A DNA stretch of 42,909 nt, taken from assembly GCA_033763905.1 (NCBI GenBank), contig JANRJP010000104.1, positions 1-42,909 on the forward strand. Reading direction: 5' to 3'. The position numbers were made by a program, and so were the translations under genes. Below the pieces are notes generated by a model. It did no database searches. It saw only the letters and a list, made by a program, of their open reading frames with translations, and was not told where the DNA came from. Shown one piece after another: positions 1 through 8,071 of the stretch (position 1 is the stretch's first letter; the number at the start of each line of letters is the position of its first letter). This DNA is from Gemmatimonadaceae bacterium (GTDB lineage Bacteria > Gemmatimonadota > Gemmatimonadetes > Gemmatimonadales > Gemmatimonadaceae).

Positions 1-528
1 GCGCGACGACGATGCGTAGCGAATCCACGACTCGGCGTCATCACCGTTGGCATCCGATGCCCCGACGAGCGTGCCGAGCGCGGCGCCCACCGAGAACCCG
101 GTGCCGCCCAGCGGCAGCTCGGTGCGCAATCCCACACGACCCGCGTCGGTGGTCACCGTGCCGAAGGCCCCCGCAAGCGCGCGCCGAGCCACGCCGACGT
201 CCACACCCAACGCGCGGCGACCGAGCGTTGCACGCACCTCACCGGTCGCAACGGTTCCTGACGACGCCGTGGCGCCAGCGAACTCGGCGCCCAAGGCCAG
301 CATCGACACCGACCACCACTCACGGCGCCACCACAGCTCCACGCCGGTGATCGTTCCTGCTCGGCTAGCAGTCGTGCTGCCAAACGATGCGGCGCGATCA
401 CCGCTGCTGGCTACGCCGCTGATCCAGAAGCCCGCGGGCGTCTGTGCCGTAAGCGCTCGCGGAGCACTCCACGCGCCAGCGATGACGGCGGCACACAGCA
501 CGCGCAACAGTACGAATCGTTGGCGCAT
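1..528 (-). CDS. Exported protein, probable outer-membrane beta-barrel (3' end runs off the window)
   Basis: Not in the ORF track; read manually. ATG at 528 overlaps the upstream TGA (TGATG) and the frame is open to base 1: MRQRFVLLRVLCAAVIAGAWSAPRALTAQ... A signal peptide is followed by Gly/aromatic amphipathic strands (GVELWWRREWWSVSMLALG, LGVDVGVARR, GLRTELPLGGTGFSVG). Confidence 0.65.
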   Translation of the reverse strand, partial: MRQRFVLLRVLCAAVIAGAWSAPRALTAQTPAGFWISGVASSGDRAASFGSTTASRAGTITGVELWWRREWWSVSMLALGAEFAGATASSGTVATGEVRATLGRRALGVDVGVARRALAGAFGTVTTDAGRVGLRTELPLGGTGFSVGAALGTLVGASDANGDDAESWIRYASSSR

Positions 529-1589
529 CACCGCACCTCGCCGTCAATGACGAGCGTCGCGGTCCACGTCCGCCGCCGTTCGGCGTTGGACGCCGCGACC
601 GCCGCACGTCGCTGCTCGTACGTGGCGATCAACTCGCGATTGAACGCGATGTTCTCTTCGAGCACGCGCCCCTTGTCGAGCACCGCCGCCGTGGCGCCCG
701 CCAAGAGCAACCCCACCGCCACGCCGGTGGCGGCGCGACGCCCGCCCGCAATGCCGTCGATCGGTGCGTCGCCCTGCGTGCGCTGCGCGCCAAGCACCGT
801 CAGTCCCGCCGCGGCCGCAGCCGCCGCCACGGCCACTCGGCGCCGGGGTGGCTCGCGCTCGGCGCGGCGTGCGTCGGCCGATGGAGGTGTCGGCGTGGGC
901 AGCAGACCAAGGCTGCTGCCTTCCAACTGCAAGAGAAAGCGCGACGACGTGGTGTCGCCGTCGTTTGCGCGCCACAGAATGCGCAACTCGTGCGTCCCCG
1001 GCGTCACCCACTCAGGCGGAAGGCGGAGCTGCACCTCGTCGTCGAGTGCCGCCACCGACTGCACCAGCACGATTGGCAACGCGCCGGCGGCGATAGGCCC
1101 AAGGCGCAGCTCGGCGGTCGCCGGCCGGTTCGCGCGAAGGCTGACCGTCAGAACGGCGGTGTCGTTCCCGGTTAGTGCGACCTCTTTGGGCACCACCGCG
1201 CGTGCCCCGAACGTCGATCGACGCACGACGTCCGCGAGAGAATCCAAGCCGCGCCACGAGATCTCCCGCGGGATGCGCGCCGTTGGATCGTGTCGAATTA
1301 GCTGTGCGAGCGTCTGCCGAGCGCCTGCCGCATCACGCGCCTCGCGCTCTTCCGGAAACTGCGCCGCCGCAATGATGCGCAGCGCCTGCCGCTCTTCCTC
1401 GCGATTGACGCGTGCGCCGAGTGCCAGCACTTCGCGTCCGATCGTGAGCGCATCACGATACCGCAGGTCGTTCAGCGCGACCGACGCTCGCGCGAGCAGG
1501 TCGTTGATCGCCGATGCTTGTGCGAACGCCGGAGCGGCGCTCAGCAACATCGCCACACCTGCTAGGGCAAGCCGCCTCACGGGGCGCAT
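528..1589 (-). CDS. Exported hypothetical protein (signal peptide, TPR-like helices, beta-rich middle, C-terminal hydrophobic hairpin)
   Basis: ORF 528..1652. Likely start ATG 1589, or GTG 1580 overlapping the kinase TGA. Signal peptide MRPVRRLALAGVAMLLSAAPAFA-Q. Confidence 0.7.
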   Translation of the reverse strand: MRPVRRLALAGVAMLLSAAPAFAQASAINDLLARASVALNDLRYRDALTIGREVLALGARVNREEERQALRIIAAAQFPEEREARDAAGARQTLAQLIRHDPTARIPREISWRGLDSLADVVRRSTFGARAVVPKEVALTGNDTAVLTVSLRANRPATAELRLGPIAAGALPIVLVQSVAALDDEVQLRLPPEWVTPGTHELRILWRANDGDTTSSRFLLQLEGSSLGLLPTPTPPSADARRAEREPPRRRVAVAAAAAAAGLTVLGAQRTQGDAPIDGIAGGRRAATGVAVGLLLAGATAAVLDKGRVLEENIAFNRELIATYEQRRAAVAASNAERRRTWTATLVIDGEVR

Positions 1590-3355
1590 TCCGACAAGCG
1601 ATACCCGATGCGCACCGTCTCGCCGGCCGCTGCAGTGATCGTGGTGTCCCACGGCGCGGCGCAGCCTTCGCGCCTGAGACCCAATCGTACGGTTCCTGCC
1701 GGCACCACGACATCCGTGAGTCCTTCAATGGTGCGTCGTGCGGCGCCGTTGACGTACAGCACGGTCCCTGCCACGCGACTGCCGAGCTTGATGGTTGCGG
1801 TGGCCGACGTGCGAGCGGCGGCGGGCGTGGCATTCGTCGGTGGCGCTGCGCCCGACGGCGGCGGTGCCGACGACGTGCGTTCCGACGAGGTCTCTGCGCG
1901 CCGCGTCTCGCGACGATCCGCAGGACGCGTCTTGGCCGCAGCGGTCTTCGCCGGCGTCCCCGGCGATGACGACGTGCTCGGCGGCGTCGACGCCGGTGAC
2001 GGCAGCTCGGTCACCGGTACTGCATTCGCCGGTCGATCAGTTGCGGGTGTCTCCGGTGTGGGCGCGCTGGGCGTCGTGCTGGCGCGGTCAACCGAGGTCG
2101 CGTCCGGTGCGACCGCGGCCTCGGGCCGACGCAGGAGCTGATTCGCCGCGATCGCCGCCATCATCAGCATCACGATCCCGGTGCCGATGCGCACGCCACG
2201 CGGCGTAGGGAGGCGCGTGGGTGCCGGCGCGGGCGCGGACGGACGCGCTGGCGTGGCGATGCGCGAGGCCGGTCCCGACGGCCGACGCGCCGGATCACTG
2301 GCCCGCGCGAGCGCACCCAGCGCCTCGCGCACCGGCGTGTCGGCACCGGTCGGTGCACCGCCGACCCGTTTCACGACGTCCTCGAGCGCCGGATACCGCT
2401 GCGAAGGCCCCTTGGCGATCATCCGCATCACGACGTCAGCGAGCGCCGGCGGGCAGTCGCTGCGACGCTGCCGCACGTCGACCGGCGCGTCGAACAGATG
2501 CCCCTTCATCACTTCGGCAATCGTCGCGCCGTTGAACGGAGGCGCGCCAACCAGGCACTCGTACGCCAAGACGCCAAGCGCGTACTGGTCCGACGGCGGC
2601 CCGACATTCTGCCCCGCAAACTGTTCCGGCGCCATATAGTGCGGCGTACCGAGGATCGAACCGGTGCCAGTGAGCTTCTTCGCGTCATCGACCTTGGCAA
2701 TGCCGAAGTCGCTGATGACGGCAAAGCCGTGCTCGTCGACCAAAATGTTGGCGGGCTTGATGTCGCGGTGCACGACGCCACGGCGATGCGCGTACGCGAG
2801 CCCCGCAGCCACCTGCGCGATGATGCTCTGGCACATCGGCGTCGGCAGCGGTCCCTGCACTGCCAGAATCGTTTCGAGCGTGCGGCCTTCGATGTACTTC
2901 ATCACGAAGTACACGAGCTGCTCGCTCTCGCGCACGGCGTAAATGGGAATGATCGCCGGATGGCTGAGCGACGCGGCCGTGCGCGCTTCGCGCTTGAAGC
3001 GCTCGGTGATGCCCGCGTCAGGCACCAGCCCCGGCACCATCACCTTGATCGCCACCTTGCGCTGCAACGCCAACTCGGTGGCCACGAACACGTACGACAT
3101 CCCACCCGCACCGACGAGCCCGTGCACGTCGAACTCACCCGCCGTCGCCTGCCGCAGGATGGGGAGCACGGTATCGGGTGAGGGCAATACCAGTCGCGCC
3201 CGCTCGCCTGAGTCCGGCGAGACCGGCGTCTCGACCATCGTGCGCGAGGCATCAGCGTCGCCCGTCACGCTGAGCCCGCAATTCGGGCAGAAGCGCACGC
3301 CGGGGGCGATCGTCGTGCCGCAGCGCACGCAGCCGGTCATCACAGGCGCGGTCAC
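1577..3355 (-). CDS. Hanks-type Ser/Thr protein kinase with N-terminal zinc ribbon, TM helix and C-terminal PEGA-like domain
   Basis: Kinase motifs GAGGMSYV, VAIK, HRDIKPAN, DFG, GTPHYMAPE, SDQYALG. N-terminal CVRC...CPNC. TM IGTGIVMLMMAAIAANQLL, Pro/Thr/Ala linker, and beta domain LYVNG...VPAGTVRLGLRREG. Confidence 0.93.
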   Translation of the reverse strand: MTAPVMTGCVRCGTTIAPGVRFCPNCGLSVTGDADASRTMVETPVSPDSGERARLVLPSPDTVLPILRQATAGEFDVHGLVGAGGMSYVFVATELALQRKVAIKVMVPGLVPDAGITERFKREARTAASLSHPAIIPIYAVRESEQLVYFVMKYIEGRTLETILAVQGPLPTPMCQSIIAQVAAGLAYAHRRGVVHRDIKPANILVDEHGFAVISDFGIAKVDDAKKLTGTGSILGTPHYMAPEQFAGQNVGPPSDQYALGVLAYECLVGAPPFNGATIAEVMKGHLFDAPVDVRQRRSDCPPALADVVMRMIAKGPSQRYPALEDVVKRVGGAPTGADTPVREALGALARASDPARRPSGPASRIATPARPSAPAPAPTRLPTPRGVRIGTGIVMLMMAAIAANQLLRRPEAAVAPDATSVDRASTTPSAPTPETPATDRPANAVPVTELPSPASTPPSTSSSPGTPAKTAAAKTRPADRRETRRAETSSERTSSAPPPSGAAPPTNATPAAARTSATATIKLGSRVAGTVLYVNGAARRTIEGLTDVVVPAGTVRLGLRREGCAAPWDTTITAAAGETVRIGYRLSECAP

Positions 3356-5877
3356 GGCGTCACCGTAAAGGGGTTGCTGTTGGCGGTGACCAGCGTGGTC
3401 GTCGCCAACGACGCGCGCACGCGGTAGCCCGTTCCAGCGAGTGAAACCGTGAGCGCATCGAACACCGCGACGCCATTGGTCATCGATGCGGTCGCTCCCC
3501 CGAGCGCCGCACCGGTGGTGCCGGTGCCGCTCACGATGGCCATCGTGACCGTGCCGCTGCGGCTCGTGACCAGATTGCCGAACTGGTCGCGCGCCTCGAC
3601 AATCAATGCCGGCGCCATCGCTGCATTCACCGCAACGTTCGTCGGCTGGGCACGGAATACCAACTGCGACGCCGTGGTCGGCAACACGGTGAAAGCCACC
3701 GAGGTATCGGGTGCCACGCCGATGCTCGTCGCCACCAGCCGATACCCAACGCCGGCCGTCGTCATTCGCAGATCGTTGAAGACCGGGTTCGTGATCCCCG
3801 CCACCGAGGGCCGAGTCAGCGTGCCGCTCAAGACCGCGCCCGCCGTCCCGTCGATCAACGTCACGGTCACCGCTTCGGTGAACGACGTGGCGCGATTGCC
3901 GAGCGAGTCCAGCGCTTCGACGCCGGGATTCGTCGACCCGCCGATATTGGCGCTCGTACTGGCGGTGTACGACGCCGGCGGCTCGGGGTTGAACGCCAGT
4001 CGCGCGCCCGGCGCAGGCGTCACGGTAAACGTGTTGCTTGTCGCACTCGAAATCGTGGCATCGGAGGCTTCGGCCACCAGACGCTGATTGGTTCCGCCAA
4101 GTCGGACCCGCACCGCCGGGAAGGTCGCCACGCCATTCACGGCCTCCGCCGTGAGCGTCCCACCCACACCGGCGCCGACGAAACTGGTCGGCGGCGGCGT
4201 CTGCAGTCGCAACGTCACGCTCGTCTGCGCGGCGGTGACGATCGTCCCGGCGGCATCGCGCACTTGCACCACGATGGGCGAGGCGAACTCGCGTCCGGCA
4301 GTCACTGTGGCCGGCTGCTGCACGAACGCCATTTGCGTGGCCTGACCGGTGACGTTGAAGGCCGCCGTTTGCGTGGACAGCACACCGGCCGCGCTGGCGG
4401 TGATCCGGTTGGCCGTGCCCAAGGCCGACACCTGCAGGTCGTCGAACGTCACCACGCCATCGATCGTGGCGCGAGGGAAGGTGCCGAGCAACTGCGCGCC
4501 AGCACCGCCACCGGTCAGGGCGAGCGTCACGGTGACCGGTTCGTTCGGCACGATGTTCCCGACGCTGTCCAGCACCGACAGCGTCAACGGCGCGAGCGGC
4601 AACCCGACGTATCCTCCGCTCGGCGCGGTCACCACGGTGAGTCGCGCCGGCGGGGCCGGCACGATGCTGAAGCTCTGCGTCGTGTCGCGCCCGATCGTCC
4701 CGGCCGCCACCTGCAAGCGATAGCTACCCGTCCGGGTCAAGCGCAACGTGCTGAACGTGGCGCGTCCGGCGGACATGGCCACACTGACGGTGCCCAGTAG
4801 CGAGGCCCCTGCCGGACCATCGGCGAGGGACACGACGACCTGGCCCGTGTAGGTCGACGTCCAGACACCAAGCGAATCGACCGCACGCACGACGAGCGGT
4901 GCCAGCGCCACGCCGGCCGTCGCACTGCTTGCGGGCTCCTGGACCGCCACGAGTCGCGTCGCGGGCCCGGGCGTTACGACACGCACGCGAATGGCGCGCT
5001 GGGCCGTATCGGCGCGGGCGCGCACGAGCACCTCGCCGGCCGCGCGCGAGACGATGCGCCCGGTGGAGTCCACGGTCGCGATCGTGGTGTCGGCGCTCAC
5101 CCACGACACCGGCGCCGTCATCGTGTTGCCGCGACGATCCGTGATGCGCTGCACACTCCCGGCGGTATCGGCGCCGGTCCCGATCAGCAGGGTGGTATCG
5201 GCCAGCGTGATGCGCGCCGCGACCTGTCGTACCCGCACCGGTCGCGACACGCTGACGGCATCGAACGTCGCCGTCAGGGATGTGCTGCCATTGCGCCGTG
5301 CAATCACGCGCCGTGCCGGTCCACCAGTCACCGTGACGATCGTGGTGTCCACCGCAGTGACCGACGCGGGGACCGGCTGCAGCACGCGGCCGTCCTCGGC
5401 CAGCGCATCGACGCCGATGGGGAGCGAATCACCGACGCTTGTCAGGGAGTCGGGCGCCTGGATGCGCAACGCTGCGTAGCGCACGCGCAACGGCCACGCG
5501 GCCTGTGCGACGCCGTCGATATCAGGGGCTTCGAATTGCACCGTCACGGTGCATCGCCCCGCGCGGCGGGGATCGGTGCGCCCGGTCAGCGAATCGATGG
5601 CCACGATGCTCGTGTCGCTGCTGCGCCAACGCAGGCGGGAGACACCGCTGCTTGCGCTGGGAGGCAGCGAGGAGCGCAGCGTCACGGCGGTGCCGGCCAC
5701 CAGCACGGAATCCCCCGTCACGGCAATCGGAAACGCCGAGGCGCGTACGGGGTTACCGCTCACCAGCACATCGAGCGCACAGCCCGCAACGCCCGCGGCC
5801 AAGAGCCCGACGGCAAGCCCGCGCGCACGAGTCGCGTGCGACATCGGCGCACGACGCGGAGCCGGCATGGTGCTCAC
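3352..5877 (-). CDS. Ig-like repeat lipoprotein (Big_2-like domains plus five ~105-aa repeats)
   Basis: Lipobox-like LLAAGVAG-C. Big_2-type motifs WRSSDTSIVAID and WVSADTTIATVDSTG. Five repeats of A.RL.F...P....AG....P..V...D..GN...G.ATF..L.....G. Confidence 0.8.
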   Translation of the reverse strand: MSTMPAPRRAPMSHATRARGLAVGLLAAGVAGCALDVLVSGNPVRASAFPIAVTGDSVLVAGTAVTLRSSLPPSASSGVSRLRWRSSDTSIVAIDSLTGRTDPRRAGRCTVTVQFEAPDIDGVAQAAWPLRVRYAALRIQAPDSLTSVGDSLPIGVDALAEDGRVLQPVPASVTAVDTTIVTVTGGPARRVIARRNGSTSLTATFDAVSVSRPVRVRQVAARITLADTTLLIGTGADTAGSVQRITDRRGNTMTAPVSWVSADTTIATVDSTGRIVSRAAGEVLVRARADTAQRAIRVRVVTPGPATRLVAVQEPASSATAGVALAPLVVRAVDSLGVWTSTYTGQVVVSLADGPAGASLLGTVSVAMSAGRATFSTLRLTRTGSYRLQVAAGTIGRDTTQSFSIVPAPPARLTVVTAPSGGYVGLPLAPLTLSVLDSVGNIVPNEPVTVTLALTGGGAGAQLLGTFPRATIDGVVTFDDLQVSALGTANRITASAAGVLSTQTAAFNVTGQATQMAFVQQPATVTAGREFASPIVVQVRDAAGTIVTAAQTSVTLRLQTPPPTSFVGAGVGGTLTAEAVNGVATFPAVRVRLGGTNQRLVAEASDATISSATSNTFTVTPAPGARLAFNPEPPASYTASTSANIGGSTNPGVEALDSLGNRATSFTEAVTVTLIDGTAGAVLSGTLTRPSVAGITNPVFNDLRMTTAGVGYRLVATSIGVAPDTSVAFTVLPTTASQLVFRAQPTNVAVNAAMAPALIVEARDQFGNLVTSRSGTVTMAIVSGTGTTGAALGGATASMTNGVAVFDALTVSLAGTGYRVRASLATTTLVTANSNPFTVTP

Positions 5878-6668
5878 GCGCCGCCCCGCTTGGCGAGCGA
5901 GGCCACCTGCAGCGACGGGCCGCCGCGGCCCAGCGTAATGCGGTCCCCTTTCACCAGCACGCGCGCGAGTTCGACGCGGTCGCTGTTCACGTACGTCCCG
6001 TGCGTGCTGCCGGCATCCACCACCAGCACGGAGCCATCGGGTCGCACGGCCAACTCGGCGTGGACGCGCGACACCACACTGTTGGTGTCATTGCCGACGA
6101 CGATCTCACAGGCGGCGCTGCGTCCGATGCGGGCCGATCGTCCCGTGAGGTTGTAGGACTCGCCACCGGGAAGCGAGAGCGTCATCCAGACGTCGGGGAC
6201 CTCGGCTGGTTCATCGACCACCGCGTCGGCGGCAGGCTCCCGCTCGCCCGTGGTCACCGACGACTGCTCGCCGCTGGCGTTGGCCTGCCAGTTGGTGAGC
6301 ACCGCGACGGCACCGGAGTCGAGCGTGGCCTCAACGAGTGTCGCGGCCGTCAGTCGCTGTGAGGTGCGCATCACACGGAATTGCGGTCCGGTGCGGCCGA
6401 GCTGCACGACTTGGCCCTCGACGACGGGGACGCCTTTGCCCGGCGGGACCAACGTGCCTTCCAGCAGTGTGCCGTTGCGGCTGAAGAGATCCTCGAGGAA
6501 CCACCGTCCCTGTCGTTCGCCGAACTGCGCGTGCAACGAAGACACGACGGCGGCGCCGTCGCCTTCCACACGCAATTCACATCCAGGATCGCGACCCAGC
6601 CGGACGAAGCCGAGCTTGAACTCCAGCATCGCGCCGGAGCGGAGATCGCAGAGGGACAGGTAAGACAC
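5874..6668 (-). CDS. Tandem (double) FHA-domain protein
   Basis: Two FHA signatures: LGRDP..VSSLHA..DLFSRNGT and IGRSA..VSRVHA..DAGSTHGTYVN, joined by an acidic Thr-containing linker. Confidence 0.9.
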   Translation of the reverse strand: MSYLSLCDLRSGAMLEFKLGFVRLGRDPGCELRVEGDGAAVVSSLHAQFGERQGRWFLEDLFSRNGTLLEGTLVPPGKGVPVVEGQVVQLGRTGPQFRVMRTSQRLTAATLVEATLDSGAVAVLTNWQANASGEQSSVTTGEREPAADAVVDEPAEVPDVWMTLSLPGGESYNLTGRSARIGRSAACEIVVGNDTNSVVSRVHAELAVRPDGSVLVVDAGSTHGTYVNSDRVELARVLVKGDRITLGRGGPSLQVASLAKRGGA

Positions 6669-6809
6669 GAGGCGGGAACGAGTGATCCTTCGTCGGACGC
6701 TCTGATGAATGCTGGACGATCATCCCCCCGAAGTAACTACGTGCCTGCAGGCAAGCCGACACGTTCGCCAGTTGAGAAACAGGCGAGGGCCGGCTCGCTG
6801 TGGCGCAGG

Positions 6810-8060
6810 TCACCGAACGCCCACCAAGGCCGCAATCAGCAGGGCGATGAACTGTGGTCCCTTGTAGCCATCGGGGCCGTCGCTGTAGCGCTCGTCACTC
6901 CCGTGCGCGCCAGTGCCGATACCACCCGCGTCCACCGTGATCGCGGGGATCCCCAGTGCCATCGGCACGTTCGCATCGGTGCTGCTCGCGTCGGTCTTGG
7001 CAATCGGGCGCCCCACCGCGCGCGCCGCGTTGAGCGCAGCCAGCACGATCGGCGCATCATCCCGCTGCCGGCCATCCGCCGGGCGGATGCCGATCGTGTC
7101 GATCACGAGATCCAACGGCTTCTTGCTCTCGGGCCAACGCGCTTTCTCTTCGGCCAGCGCGGCGCTCAACGCGGCACGCAATTGCGTGTCCAACTCCTGC
7201 AACGCGTCAGCGCTCTCGCTGCGCATATCGACATCGAACACGCCTTCGGTCGCGATCGAGTTCACCGAGGTCCCGCCCGAGATGACGCCGACACTGAACG
7301 TCGTCTTCGGCGTCGCCGGCACTTTGAGCTCGGCGATCTTGGCGATCGCGCGACCCGCCGCGTGAATTGGGTTCGGCATTCCGAAGGCGCCGTAGCTGTG
7401 GCCACCCGGCCCCTTGAAGCGCACGGTGTAGCGATGGCTGCCGACCGCACGGCTGGTGACGCCGATGCCGGTGCCATCGACCGAGACGAACTGATCCACG
7501 CGGCCCGCATACTCCTTGGTGATCAGATGTCGCACGCCGCGCAGATTGCCCGGCCCCTCTTTGCCCACGGTGGCGACGAAGACGATCGTGCCATTGGTCT
7601 GCAGCTTTGCCGCTTCGAACGCGCGCACGATCGCGAGGATCGCCGCCAAGCCGCGACAGTCATCGCCAATCCCGGGGCCGCGGTACTCGCCATCCACCTT
7701 CTTCACCGTGACATCGGTCCCCTCGGGGAACACGGTGTCGAGATGACCGCCGATCATCAGGAGCGGGCGCGCACTGCGCCCCGGCCGTTCGGCGATCACG
7801 TTGCCGACGGCGTCGATGCGCACGTTGCGCAGTCCCAGCGCTTCGAGGCGTCGCTTGTACTCGGCGGCGCGCGCCTGCTCCTTGAACGGCGGCGCGGCGA
7901 CTTCGCAGATCGACACCTGCTGCTCGAGCGTCCAGGCATTGTCGCGTTCGAGCTGCGTCAGGACTGGGCGCATCGGTGCAGGAATCGCGGTTTGCGCGGC
8001 GGCGGCGACTGGCGCAACCACGGCGAGCAGCGCGAGCGACAACGAACGAAGCATTGGCAC
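6810..8060 (-). CDS. M20/M25/M40 family metallo-hydrolase with signal peptide
   Basis: GHLDTVF, GIGDDCRG, GGHSYGAFG, GGTSVNSI, STDAN, GAHGSDE. The catalytic EE motif reads KE (see findings). Start may be ATG 8054. Confidence 0.88.
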   Translation of the reverse strand: MPMLRSLSLALLAVVAPVAAAAQTAIPAPMRPVLTQLERDNAWTLEQQVSICEVAAPPFKEQARAAEYKRRLEALGLRNVRIDAVGNVIAERPGRSARPLLMIGGHLDTVFPEGTDVTVKKVDGEYRGPGIGDDCRGLAAILAIVRAFEAAKLQTNGTIVFVATVGKEGPGNLRGVRHLITKEYAGRVDQFVSVDGTGIGVTSRAVGSHRYTVRFKGPGGHSYGAFGMPNPIHAAGRAIAKIAELKVPATPKTTFSVGVISGGTSVNSIATEGVFDVDMRSESADALQELDTQLRAALSAALAEEKARWPESKKPLDLVIDTIGIRPADGRQRDDAPIVLAALNAARAVGRPIAKTDASSTDANVPMALGIPAITVDAGGIGTGAHGSDERYSDGPDGYKGPQFIALLIAALVGVR

Positions 8061-8071
8061 GGGAGCGGGGA

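Noticed and set aside
1577..6668. Type VI secretion locus (kinase plus FHA)
   Set aside because: No Tss core, Hcp, VgrG or PppA phosphatase genes in the window.
6700..6780. CTGATGA ... GAAAC resembling a hammerhead ribozyme core in the intergenic region before the FHA gene
   Set aside because: No stem II closing directly onto GAAA and no stems I/III found; likely chance.
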